NCBI GenBank assembly: GCA_963934165.1 | Contig: CAWVXH010000002.1 | Location: forward strand, 123,746 to 187,745 | Direction of reading: 5' to 3' | Length of the DNA: 64,000 nt | Source of the DNA: an uncultured Candidatus Poseidoniales archaeon | Lineage (GTDB): Archaea > Thermoplasmatota > Poseidoniia > Poseidoniales > Thalassarchaeaceae | In this document: positions 30,290-39,116 of the stretch, one piece after another | Layout of the letters: every line of letters begins with the position of its first letter | Numbering within the stretch: position 1 is the stretch's first letter | Notes under the pieces: model-generated | Database searches by the model: none | Told to the model about the DNA's origin: nothing | What the model saw: only the letters and a program-made list of their open reading frames with translations | Translations under genes and position numbers: made by a program

Positions 30290-30335
30290 AGGGCACTTTC
30301 TGAAACCTTAGAATCTAAGCGCTACTCGAAAGAGC

Positions 30336-31145
30336 ATGGGTGCCCCAAATCGAGTTGTGAATTATGTCTGTAATAGACAATCTCTTGCACGCCACGCCAT
30401 TCTAATCGATCCCGCCGATCAATCACCTACAGTTGCAGCAAAGCGGGCAATTGCTGCTGTTACTGCGGGCAGCCGCATGATTCTGGTGGGCGGTTCAACT
30501 GGCACAGACATGAGCAACGTTCACGACACGATAATTGCAATTCAAGAATCTCTTGAATTGATTAATTGGGCGGCAACTCAGTCTTCAGAACAAGGTGAAA
30601 AAGATTGGAAAGTACCGGTTGTTCTTTTCCCACAAGGCTCCTCCTCATTGTCGCCAGCAGCCGATGCGATAACTTTCATGATGCTCATGAACAGCACCTC
30701 TCCACAATATCTCATAGAGGAACAAGTCATTGGCGCCCCCTTTATCAAAAAGGCAGGAATAACACCTCTCTCTATGGGCTATCTTGTTTGTGCACCGGGT
30801 GGCCGGGTGGGGCAAGTCGGCCAAGTCGACTTGATCAAATCAAGTGATACGGAACGTGTCTCATCATATGCTATAACAGCAGAATTTTATGGCTTCAAAA
30901 TACTTTACTTAGAGGCAGGAAGTGGTGCGGCCAAGCCAGTTTCGGCCCAATTGATTGAAACCGCCAGAGAATCATGTGAATTGACAATAATAGTTGGGGG
31001 GGGGATTCGAGACGGGGCTGCTGCGAAAACCGCGGTTAGAGCCGGAGCAGACTGGATAATCACAGGCAATCTAACCGAATCATATAATGACGCCGACGAG
31101 CTACAAAACGCAATCTCTCAATTCATCGAGGAAATGAACTCTTGA
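30336..31145 (+). CDS. Geranylgeranylglyceryl phosphate synthase (GGGPS, group II-like)
   Basis: LIDP, ILVGGS, LFP, YLEAGSGA, VGGGIR and ITGN motifs. Confidence 0.92.
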   Translation: MGAPNRVVNYVCNRQSLARHAILIDPADQSPTVAAKRAIAAVTAGSRMILVGGSTGTDMSNVHDTIIAIQESLELINWAATQSSEQGEKDWKVPVVLFPQGSSSLSPAADAITFMMLMNSTSPQYLIEEQVIGAPFIKKAGITPLSMGYLVCAPGGRVGQVGQVDLIKSSDTERVSSYAITAEFYGFKILYLEAGSGAAKPVSAQLIETARESCELTIIVGGGIRDGAAAKTAVRAGADWIITGNLTESYNDADELQNAISQFIEEMNS

Positions 31146-31148
31146 AAG

Positions 31149-31610
31149 TCAATCCTCTTTTATTTTCTTCATTAATTTATCTAATTGCTCTTCCATATCT
31201 AATATTAAGAGAAGCAACTCTTCTTCAGATTGTAACAACCTTACATTTTCCTTTTGCAATTCCTCAAAACGTCCTGATGTCTGGACATTATTATTTTCAA
31301 GGATCCTAGCTTCTGCATTTTCCAAAAACAACTCTAACTGAGCAATTCTTGTTTTGGCAACCCGAAGCTCTTCTTCAATACGTGAAGTGCGGGCCCGGTC
31401 ATTTACTTCCTGATTTGACGATGACAATTCTATTTCCAGGGCACGTAAGCGCTGTCGTGTATTCGCCAACTCCTGCTCGGATCGAATTAACTCATCCCAG
31501 ACAGTTATCACCTCTTCAATCAGTTGAGTATTAGAAAAAATCGCAAGTCGTTCGGAGAGGGAACCCCCTCTTTCATCAGAAAACCTCTCCTCGACGTTCT
31601 TAGATGCCAT
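31149..31610 (-). CDS. Coiled-coil hypothetical protein
   Basis: E/L/R-rich heptad pattern; start uncertain (31610-31643). Confidence 0.65.
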   Translation of the reverse strand: MASKNVEERFSDERGGSLSERLAIFSNTQLIEEVITVWDELIRSEQELANTRQRLRALEIELSSSNQEVNDRARTSRIEEELRVAKTRIAQLELFLENAEARILENNNVQTSGRFEELQKENVRLLQSEEELLLLILDMEEQLDKLMKKIKED

Positions 31611-31747
31611 ATTCAACCACATTGCATCCAACACAGGACACACTTGAACCTTGAGTAAGAGTCTATGATTAAGGCACCAAATTCATACCCAAACTAACAT
31701 CACCAACTTTAGTGGCGTTTATATCAAGGCCGAAAGTCGCCGGCGCC

Positions 31748-31978
31748 ATGAAGGCTTACCGTGTGATTGGAACATTCCGTAATGGACGGACGAATCAAGA
31801 GTTCACCACAGATATTGTTGCAGAAGATGAAGGGGACGCTGAACACCGTATTTTCTCTAATTTTGGTAGCCGCCACGGGTCGCCACGGAGAAACATCAAC
31901 ATTATTTCACTTGAGCAAATCAAACCCTCAGAGTCTATCGCGCCAGTAGTGGTTTCTCACTTCAGGGGCGGCGAGTAA
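31748..31978 (+). CDS. rpl18a: 50S ribosomal protein L18Ae (LX/eL20)
   Basis: MKAYRVIG..F...AE...AEHRIFSNFGSRH...RRNI.I; canonical TTTATA box 30 nt upstream. Confidence 0.92.
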   Translation: MKAYRVIGTFRNGRTNQEFTTDIVAEDEGDAEHRIFSNFGSRHGSPRRNINIISLEQIKPSESIAPVVVSHFRGGE

Positions 31979-32850
31979 TCAAAATCAGAGTACCCCAGCG
32001 TCAGATGGGCGTCCCCGAATCTAGTGGAATAGGCAGTTTTTATCTCATCGGTGAAGAAAGCCTCCCATTTTCTTAGTTTACCAGTTGAGATGTGGTGATG
32101 GGCCTCTATTTCTTCCTTAGTCATCCTATTCATATCATGGGCCCCTGCAACTTTCACACAATCCCTAACAATCTCTTCTTCAAAATTCAACCACCTAAAA
32201 ATCCGCTCAAATGAACCATCATAATCATTCATCATATCCTCCATTTTGATTGTTAGAACATTTTCCATGGTCCTCCATCCAACCATCTGCTGGACGGTGA
32301 TTCCCGCATAACCATCCATTTCGAAGACAAGACCCTCATCATCCCCCAGGCGACGCAAGTTTTCTTGGTAAGATATCCCCCCTAAGGACTCAACAAAACT
32401 CTCTCGTTGCCCTAGAGTGGCGCCATCCAATGGCCAAGGCACTTGGGGGAACCTTCTTTCAGGATTAGTGAAGTCAGTATTCAGGCACCACTGCTCGTCA
32501 CAGCGTTGATGGTACAGATATCCAGACACGATGACATCACGGGGATCTCTGATTATGCGCACCCCCCTATGCTCCTCTCCGATGACGCCCTCATCGACCA
32601 TACCGTGAATCAATTGAATCACGTCGGTGTTTTCTGGAATCTCCTTCACCAGCCCCCTGAGCCCACAAAACTTCCAACCCCTTTTTCTTGCGAGATCTCT
32701 GAAGACCGATCTAGTCAATTTAGTCCCAACTTTATGATGTGTGAGGAGGAACACCGGTGCGTCCAAACCACTCCCAAATACACTTCTTCGAATGTAGAGA
32801 ATAAACTGTCTAACTATCCACAATCCCGGCACATACATCCAGACAACCAC
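31957..32850 (-). CDS. PAPS-dependent sulfotransferase domain protein
   Basis: 5'-PSB-like THHKVGTKL, 3'-PB IIRDPRDVIVSGYLYH, KMEDM, and C-terminal G..RKW...F. Start taken at GTG 32850 (alternative ATG 32838); 3' end overlaps rpl18a by 22 bp. Confidence 0.85.
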   Translation of the reverse strand: MVVWMYVPGLWIVRQFILYIRRSVFGSGLDAPVFLLTHHKVGTKLTRSVFRDLARKRGWKFCGLRGLVKEIPENTDVIQLIHGMVDEGVIGEEHRGVRIIRDPRDVIVSGYLYHQRCDEQWCLNTDFTNPERRFPQVPWPLDGATLGQRESFVESLGGISYQENLRRLGDDEGLVFEMDGYAGITVQQMVGWRTMENVLTIKMEDMMNDYDGSFERIFRWLNFEEEIVRDCVKVAGAHDMNRMTKEEIEAHHHISTGKLRKWEAFFTDEIKTAYSTRFGDAHLTLGYSDFDYSPPLK

Positions 32851-32956
32851 TGGCTTGCGGGCGAACATCCAACATGAAACAATCGGAACCAACCAAACCA
32901 CACGAGTGACGGTTGGGCGCAACGGTGAAAACAGAATCATGAGAGGCGATGCTGTG

Positions 32957-33508
32957 ATGAAGAAATCCTTCATGCGTCAGTATTGGCGCATTCAACAAAG
33001 CCAAACCCTGATTTCAATGGGATTTTGGTGTACAACTCTTACCCTCCTCCTCTGGCCGTTGGTGAGTTGGAGATTCAAAGCGATGGACCCAGTATTCGGA
33101 ATACAACCAACTTATCTTGGTTTAATTGGGATTAGCCTAGGGGTCCTGTCTATCGTTCTGTTAATTGGCTGGGTTTACGATGTTTCATTCGGCCTTTGGC
33201 GCGAACACCTAACGGTTGTGCAAGAACGAAATCCATTTACAACATACAAAGTAAATGCACCATTTGGTATGCTACTTGCACAAACTAATACAATTTTGAG
33301 AAAAATGTCTGATGATGATGATGAGATACAACGCCATTGTGATTTCGTCGATCGTTGGTTAGAATGGAATTCGGAACAGGAAATTTGGGCCAGAACAATG
33401 TCTTCTTGGAAAGAAATTGTAGGGGACGAAGACCCTTTCCTCTATCATCTAAGTGAAGAGGCACGAACAAAGCTTGAAACTGCTGCAGATGAAATGCAAG
33501 ATTTTTGA
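32957..33508 (+). CDS. Hypothetical membrane protein (two TM helices)
   Basis: Two hydrophobic segments and an acidic C-terminus; stop overlaps the cysQ start. Start uncertain (32939, 32957 or 32972). Confidence 0.7.
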   Translation: MKKSFMRQYWRIQQSQTLISMGFWCTTLTLLLWPLVSWRFKAMDPVFGIQPTYLGLIGISLGVLSIVLLIGWVYDVSFGLWREHLTVVQERNPFTTYKVNAPFGMLLAQTNTILRKMSDDDDEIQRHCDFVDRWLEWNSEQEIWARTMSSWKEIVGDEDPFLYHLSEEARTKLETAADEMQDF

Positions 33509-34317
33509 TCGGAGTGACGCCCTTGGACGCAGAATCTATTGTCAAACTTGCAGAAGAGGCCGGGCTTGCAATTTTAGAAATATATAATCGCGCAGAAGGA
33601 TTTGATATTTGTAAGAAAAGTGACAATTCGCCTTTGACAGAAGCCGACATCGCAGCGCACAACGTCATTGTCGAGGGATTACAGTCATTGAATAACTTCC
33701 CAATTGTTTCGGAGGAAGGTAACGTAGGCGACCCTCTTTCGACTAACACTTGTTGGTTGGTCGACCCCCTCGATGGGACAAAGGAATTTATCAAGCGGAA
33801 TGGGATGTTTACAGTTAATATTGCCTTGATGAAGAAAAAAGGTAAACGTTGGTCACCACTTTTTGGGGTTGTTCATGCGCCCGTGACGAATACTACTTGG
33901 TGGGGAGGGGCATTACATCCTTCAGAAAGACAGGGCCCAAGTGGTTCCGGTTTGATGAGAGTAAACCCATCAAATCCCCCAAACCCAACAAGGCTAGTCG
34001 CAAGCGGATCACACAGAGGGGAGAAAGACGAATCTTTTGCAAAAACTCTCGGAAATTATGACTTAATTAGAATGGGCTCTTCTCTGAAGGCTTGTATTGT
34101 AGCTGAAGGTAATGCCGACTTATATCCTCGGTTTGGCCCCACTTCTTGTTGGGATATAGCAGCAGCACACGCAGTCGTCGCCGGCGCTGGGGGTTGTGTG
34201 TTAGGGCCTTCTGGCAAAACGCTTGATTATGATTTAGTTGACGATATTTTAAACCCATATTTCATAGTTGCAGCCGACAATCGTTGGAACGAGCAATGGA
34301 TAGCTCATCAGGACTGA
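33505..34317 (+). CDS. cysQ: 3'(2'),5'-bisphosphate nucleotidase (PAP phosphatase)
   Basis: KSDNSPLTEAD, SEE, WLVDPLDGTKEFI, GSSLK and YPRFGPTSCWDIAAAHA motifs. Confidence 0.93.
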   Translation: MIGVTPLDAESIVKLAEEAGLAILEIYNRAEGFDICKKSDNSPLTEADIAAHNVIVEGLQSLNNFPIVSEEGNVGDPLSTNTCWLVDPLDGTKEFIKRNGMFTVNIALMKKKGKRWSPLFGVVHAPVTNTTWWGGALHPSERQGPSGSGLMRVNPSNPPNPTRLVASGSHRGEKDESFAKTLGNYDLIRMGSSLKACIVAEGNADLYPRFGPTSCWDIAAAHAVVAGAGGCVLGPSGKTLDYDLVDDILNPYFIVAADNRWNEQWIAHQD

Positions 34318-35201
34318 ATCCACCAATCGGGGTTTGAAAAACCAGTCAACTCTTCCAAAAGTAAAAGGTCTTCATTCACCTTTTCTGCTAGAATCAATCG
34401 TTGCTCATCAGTGATTCCTCGCTTTTCAGGAGCTTTACTAGATAGAACTGGTATTTTGTATACATCCACACCCCTTCTTTGCAACCGCTTCACAACAGGT
34501 CCCTTTACGAAATTAGGTAATAAATTTGCAAGGCTACGAAATAGGCGGCCGAATAAAGTGGGGCGCCGCCTCTCAGAAGCAGTATTTGTGTTGTGTACCA
34601 TATCTAAATCAAAGGAAGAATCCTCGACGCCAATGTGCTCACAAATTTCTTTCAACACCTTCAATGGTTCCATCCGCATTCTCTTTGCCTCAATAATCAA
34701 AATAGAATCCAAATCAAAAAATTCCAACCACCTTGAGATGGAAGAACCATAGAGCGTATCGCACTGTAAACGAGAGTCAGACCAAGCCACCTCAAAATCA
34801 TTCCAATCCATATTATTTTCTTTATCTTCCTCTGTGCTGATGACCATATTCCAATGAGAAATCGTGCGACTGACCGGCTCCCGCAGAGAAACAATCAATT
34901 TCGCATCAGGCCAAGTTTCACTAATTCTCTGGGGGGCTGTTGGACAGGCCAATGCGTGAACCGAACAATCTATTCGAACTCCACTTTCTACGAAACAGCC
35001 AGCATACGCCTCCCAATTCGGTGGCGAAGCGTCTCTAGAAAAAGTTCCTTTGTGCGTGGCTACAATATTCGGCTCCTTAGGATCAGATACACAAATACCT
35101 GGGTGTTGAGAAAGGGCATCTGCTAACCAAGTGGTGCCTGCTTTGGGTGCACCCAGAAGAAAAGCACCGACGTCAGGAACCACTGGCTGACCGGCCTCCA
35201 T
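34308..35201 (-). CDS. PAPS-dependent sulfotransferase (heparan-sulfate-ST-like fold)
   Basis: GAPKAGTTWL...L.QHP, KEP, and KLIVSLREPVSRTISHW motifs. Confidence 0.88.
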   Translation of the reverse strand: MEAGQPVVPDVGAFLLGAPKAGTTWLADALSQHPGICVSDPKEPNIVATHKGTFSRDASPPNWEAYAGCFVESGVRIDCSVHALACPTAPQRISETWPDAKLIVSLREPVSRTISHWNMVISTEEDKENNMDWNDFEVAWSDSRLQCDTLYGSSISRWLEFFDLDSILIIEAKRMRMEPLKVLKEICEHIGVEDSSFDLDMVHNTNTASERRRPTLFGRLFRSLANLLPNFVKGPVVKRLQRRGVDVYKIPVLSSKAPEKRGITDEQRLILAEKVNEDLLLLEELTGFSNPDWWIQS

Positions 35202-35309
35202 AGAACCCCCGCTCGCCCTTCAGATATAGGAATTCACACTTTAATGGAGACCCCAACCATCCGTCGCAATGAAATACAGACCATATTTCGACCCAGCCCC
35301 AGAGGTGTA

Positions 35310-36197
35310 ATGATGAGCAACAAGGTAGTTTGGTTTACAGGCCTTTCAGGAGCAGGAAAAACGACAATCGCTATGGCAGCGGCAGACAGATATGGTTGTG
35401 AAGTGCTTGATGGCGACACGATTAGAGACTTCTTCGCGAACCACGACTTCAGCCGCGAAGGACGAGAAAGACACCTTCTCGGTATTGCTAAGATGGCGAA
35501 TATGATCTCGAAGCACACAGATGTTCTTTGTTCATTCATCACTCCTTACGAAGACGTTCGAGAGAAGATTCTAGAAATTCTCCCAGACAATGCAGTAATG
35601 GTACACATCTCAACCTCTCTCGAAGTTTGCGAGGAAAGAGATGTGAAAGGCCTCTACGCAAAGGCCCGCACCGGCGAGATATCCAGTTTTACAGGCATTA
35701 GCGACCCCTTCGATGAACCAAAGTGTGCACACATCACTTTGAATTCTAGTGGTAGTGAAGGCAATTCAGTTGACGATATGGTAAAGCAACTAGCACACTT
35801 GTTTGAGAAACCCAAGGCAACCCTTCTTCCAGGTCGCTGGCAACCCTTGCATGTTGGGCACGAATGGCTCATTCAGAGAGAACTCGACCAAGGTAAGAGA
35901 GTAGTAGTTGGTATCCGAGATACCCCAGTATCAGATTCAGACCCCTTCTCAACAGATGTTCGCAAGAGGATGATTGAGCATAGGTACGCCGACGAAGATG
36001 TTGAGGCATGGGTCATGCCTGATATTGAAGCAATTTCTTACGGCCGCAAAGTGGGCTATGAACTCCGTGAGGCTGACAATATACCCCCAGAGGTATTCGC
36101 AGTATCTGCTACGGGCGTCCGTGGTGGAAACAGAGCTAATGTTTCTGACAGAGTCATGGAATTCATGATCAATGAAGGAATTTGGGACGGCGAATAA
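35310..36197 (+). CDS. cysC: Adenylyl-sulfate kinase fused to a C-terminal HxGH nucleotidyltransferase domain
   Basis: Kinase motifs WFTGLSGAGKTT, LDGD, RDVKGLY, FTGISDPFDEP. C-domain motifs GRWQPLHVGH, GIRDT, ISYGRKVGY, VSATGVR. Confidence 0.92.
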   Translation: MMSNKVVWFTGLSGAGKTTIAMAAADRYGCEVLDGDTIRDFFANHDFSREGRERHLLGIAKMANMISKHTDVLCSFITPYEDVREKILEILPDNAVMVHISTSLEVCEERDVKGLYAKARTGEISSFTGISDPFDEPKCAHITLNSSGSEGNSVDDMVKQLAHLFEKPKATLLPGRWQPLHVGHEWLIQRELDQGKRVVVGIRDTPVSDSDPFSTDVRKRMIEHRYADEDVEAWVMPDIEAISYGRKVGYELREADNIPPEVFAVSATGVRGGNRANVSDRVMEFMINEGIWDGE

Positions 36198-36232
36198 TCC
36201 CACCCCCCACCTTCTTCTCTGCACTCTTTTGG

Positions 36233-36251
36233 CGGCGATTTCACATCGCCG
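36233..36251 (+). terminator. Stem-loop after cysC
   Basis: CGGCGAT-TTCAC-ATCGCCG, preceded by a pyrimidine-rich tract. Confidence 0.4.
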
Positions 36252-36308
36252 AAGACAATCTTAGCCTAAGCGACGGCTTCATTGCACTCCTACACCCCCC
36301 ATGGCTCA

Positions 36309-36860
36309 ATGAGTACACCCGACAGGGCCGAACTGCAGCGAATTGCCCAAACCGTTGACACTAATCGTAAGCGGATGGAAGCCCTTGAACAACAGATTGG
36401 CAGATTGGAGCAAATCCGTATTGAACAAGTACAAACCATCGAAACATTGGCTGCGATTCCACCTGAAGGGGCCAAAGGGGCGATGATTCCATTGGGTTCT
36501 GGCGTGCAAATCATCGCCGATATTCCATCAAATCCTGGTGTAGTAATCGATATTGGTAGTCGCGTGCAGGCTGAAAGCACTCTTTCAGAAGCGTTTGATA
36601 CAATATCGGAAAGAGGTGAGGAATTATTGCGCCTCATAGAAAATTTAACAGAAGAGTTCAATAATTTGGAGCAAGAAACCCTTGTTTTAGCAAATATTTT
36701 CAATGAACAAATCACCGAACTCCAAGGCACAGAACCCGAATTATTCGGTAATGTTGGCGAAGAACCCCCCCCATCAACCAAGGCGGTGCCGATAACAACC
36801 GAATCGAAACCCAAGCGGCGCAAGAGGAAGCGCGGCACCGAGTTTACATTGGATGATTGA
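36309..36860 (+). CDS. pfdA: Prefoldin alpha subunit
   Basis: Coiled coils flanking MIPLGSGV and VVIDIGS beta-hairpins; directly upstream of ftsY as in the archaeal gene string. Confidence 0.85.
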   Translation: MSTPDRAELQRIAQTVDTNRKRMEALEQQIGRLEQIRIEQVQTIETLAAIPPEGAKGAMIPLGSGVQIIADIPSNPGVVIDIGSRVQAESTLSEAFDTISERGEELLRLIENLTEEFNNLEQETLVLANIFNEQITELQGTEPELFGNVGEEPPPSTKAVPITTESKPKRRKRKRGTEFTLDD

Positions 36861-36869
36861 GGTGTGTGA

Positions 36870-38156
36870 ATGGGATTATTTGATCGATTCAAAAAACAAG
36901 CCAAAGATGTGGTAGAAGAAGAAATCGCCGTTGAAGAAGGCTCAATTGAAGCAGAACTGGCTATTATCGAGCGACGAAAATTACTCGAGGCTATAGAGAA
37001 AGCAAAATTGACCGCACCCCCGCCCCCACCTCCTGGGTTTGAAGACTTTCAAGTAAAAGTCGAAGATGGATGGGATGATTTTCAAGAACAATTGGTCCCT
37101 GATCCATTTTCTCAGCCCGGGGATAAAAAACAAAGAAAACGAGCAGAAAGAGCAGCATCGGTTGAGCTTAGTGACTTGGTTGATACAGAATCAAAGCCAA
37201 AAGTTCGTGATAGAATGAAATCAACGACAGGTAGGAAACTAATAGCTGTGGAGCCAGCTACTTTCAATATAGATTTAAGCGAATCAGAAGTTTCTCGAGG
37301 AGGTCAAATAATCAAGAATAGCCCCGTATTGGACAAAATTCTTGAAGACCTTGAATTTGAATTATTAAGTGCAGATATGGGGCTCTCTGCGACACAAGAG
37401 GTAGTCGCCGCCCTGAGGGCAAACTTGATCGGCGCGCGAATTTCGAAGAAACAATCTTTAACGGAAGTTGTTGATTTAGCGCTCCGTAAATCGTTACTTG
37501 GATTATTGGAAGCCGGCTATTGGGATTTTGACAAAACCATCCAAGCATTTGTCGCTGCCGGTGGTCCGGTTTCGATAATGATTGTTGGAGTAAACGGCAC
37601 AGGAAAGACCACAACCACTGCAAAAATTGCACATCGCCTCTCAAATGAGGGATATTCAGTAGTGCTTGCAGCTGCCGATACATTCCGTGCCGGGGCAATT
37701 GACCAACTTGCCGCTCACAGCGAGCGCCTTGGTGTTCGTTGTGTTCGTAGTCAACGAGGAGGGGATTCAGCAGCGATCGCTCGTGATGCGATTGAGAGTG
37801 CGAGGGCAAAGGGTGACGACATTGTCATCATTGATACAGCCGGCCGGATGCAAAACAAGACCAATTTAATGGAAGAATTACGAAAAGTACACCGGGTCAG
37901 CCGCCCTCACTTGGTGTTATTTGTAGCAGATGCTCTGGCTGGAAATGACGCCGTAACTCAAGCGACCGTGTTCCAGAAAATTTTGAGTTTTGATGGCGCA
38001 GTGCTTTGTAAATTAGACACAGATGCAAAGGGGGGCGCAGCATTATCGATAGCTCATGCTACAGGTAGACCAATCGTACTCGCTGGTGTCGGGCAAGGCT
38101 ACGAGGATTTGTTAAACTTCGACCCAGAGTGGTTTATTGACTCGATAATTCAGTAA
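36870..38156 (+). CDS. ftsY: Signal recognition particle receptor FtsY
   Basis: GVNGTGKTTT, DTFRAGA, DTAGR, KLDTDAKGG and GVGQ motifs. Confidence 0.97.
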   Translation: MGLFDRFKKQAKDVVEEEIAVEEGSIEAELAIIERRKLLEAIEKAKLTAPPPPPPGFEDFQVKVEDGWDDFQEQLVPDPFSQPGDKKQRKRAERAASVELSDLVDTESKPKVRDRMKSTTGRKLIAVEPATFNIDLSESEVSRGGQIIKNSPVLDKILEDLEFELLSADMGLSATQEVVAALRANLIGARISKKQSLTEVVDLALRKSLLGLLEAGYWDFDKTIQAFVAAGGPVSIMIVGVNGTGKTTTTAKIAHRLSNEGYSVVLAAADTFRAGAIDQLAAHSERLGVRCVRSQRGGDSAAIARDAIESARAKGDDIVIIDTAGRMQNKTNLMEELRKVHRVSRPHLVLFVADALAGNDAVTQATVFQKILSFDGAVLCKLDTDAKGGAALSIAHATGRPIVLAGVGQGYEDLLNFDPEWFIDSIIQ

Positions 38157-38206
38157 ATGTAACGACCGAGTCGTTCATGAAGAAATCCTTTCGTGTGGTG
38201 TTTATC

Positions 38207-38863
38207 ATGGCGGGCGAAGAGACAAAGACGGCTCTCGTCGTCGTCGACAATCCAATTATTGAAGGTAGACTCAAAAGCGTCTTGTCTCGAAGGGGGTGGG
38301 CCATCGAAATTTGTGATGATGGGGATAAAGCCGTAGATGAATATGTCAAACTTCGCCCCGATTTGACTTTCCTTGCACTAGACATACCTTCGATGGACGG
38401 CCACGTGGCAGCATTAGAGATTCGCGAATCTCATGCTACTGCTCGGTTGGTTTTTGTCACCAGTAAATCGCGCCTGGAAAAAGCAGAAGATGCAGCATAT
38501 TCAGCAGGAGCGGTAGCAACCTTAGTTACGCCCCTGACAAAACTACAAATTGATGAAAGTTGGAATATGATAATGGGAAAAATTCCCGAGGCGCCAGGAG
38601 TTGCCGACCTCGATGCCCTCTATCCCAAAATGGAGGTGGCTGAACCACTGTTGCCACCGATTTCAATTATGCCTGAAATGCCCCCACTTCCCGCGATGCC
38701 GCCGGTCACCACTGAACCGTCTTCAGTAAAGGCAAAAAGCAAAAAATTACGCAATTTCCTGCTGCTATTGATAATTGCGGGAGGGTCAATCGGAGTTGCA
38801 AATTTTTTAGGTTATATTGACATACAACCAGTAATCGATAATTTACTCGCTTTCGTCGAGTAG
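38207..38863 (+). CDS. Receiver-domain protein (atypical) with Pro-rich linker and C-terminal TM helix
   Basis: CheY-like pattern DGDKAVDEY...RPDLTFLALDIPSMDG...AGA; canonical Asp and Lys appear substituted. Confidence 0.8.
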   Translation: MAGEETKTALVVVDNPIIEGRLKSVLSRRGWAIEICDDGDKAVDEYVKLRPDLTFLALDIPSMDGHVAALEIRESHATARLVFVTSKSRLEKAEDAAYSAGAVATLVTPLTKLQIDESWNMIMGKIPEAPGVADLDALYPKMEVAEPLLPPISIMPEMPPLPAMPPVTTEPSSVKAKSKKLRNFLLLLIIAGGSIGVANFLGYIDIQPVIDNLLAFVE

Positions 38864-38927
38864 GATCGCTGGCACTGAAGTAGTATCTCACTGCCCTGCT
38901 GCACGCTCGTAATCACTTCGATTTTCA
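38804..38927 (+). repeat. Left copy of a ~125-bp imperfect direct repeat
   Basis: Matches 40991-41115 with about 10 substitutions and 1 indel by manual alignment. Confidence 0.95.
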
Positions 38928-39116
38928 AGTCGCCAATTTGACGGCCCCCTTGCGATTAATGGGTATTCAGACAATTATCAACGTTGCAAAAATCGCCTCA
39001 TTTCGGATATCATCCAATTCTGCTCGGCTGACGATAATGTCACTCCGAATTGTTTAGAAATATGTATTCGCAAAAAATACACCTATTAAATAGGCTAAAG
39101 AAATCGGAATGGGGGC

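Noticed and set aside
36290-36904. 204-aa minus-strand ORF
   Set aside because: Antisense shadow of pfdA with no motif.
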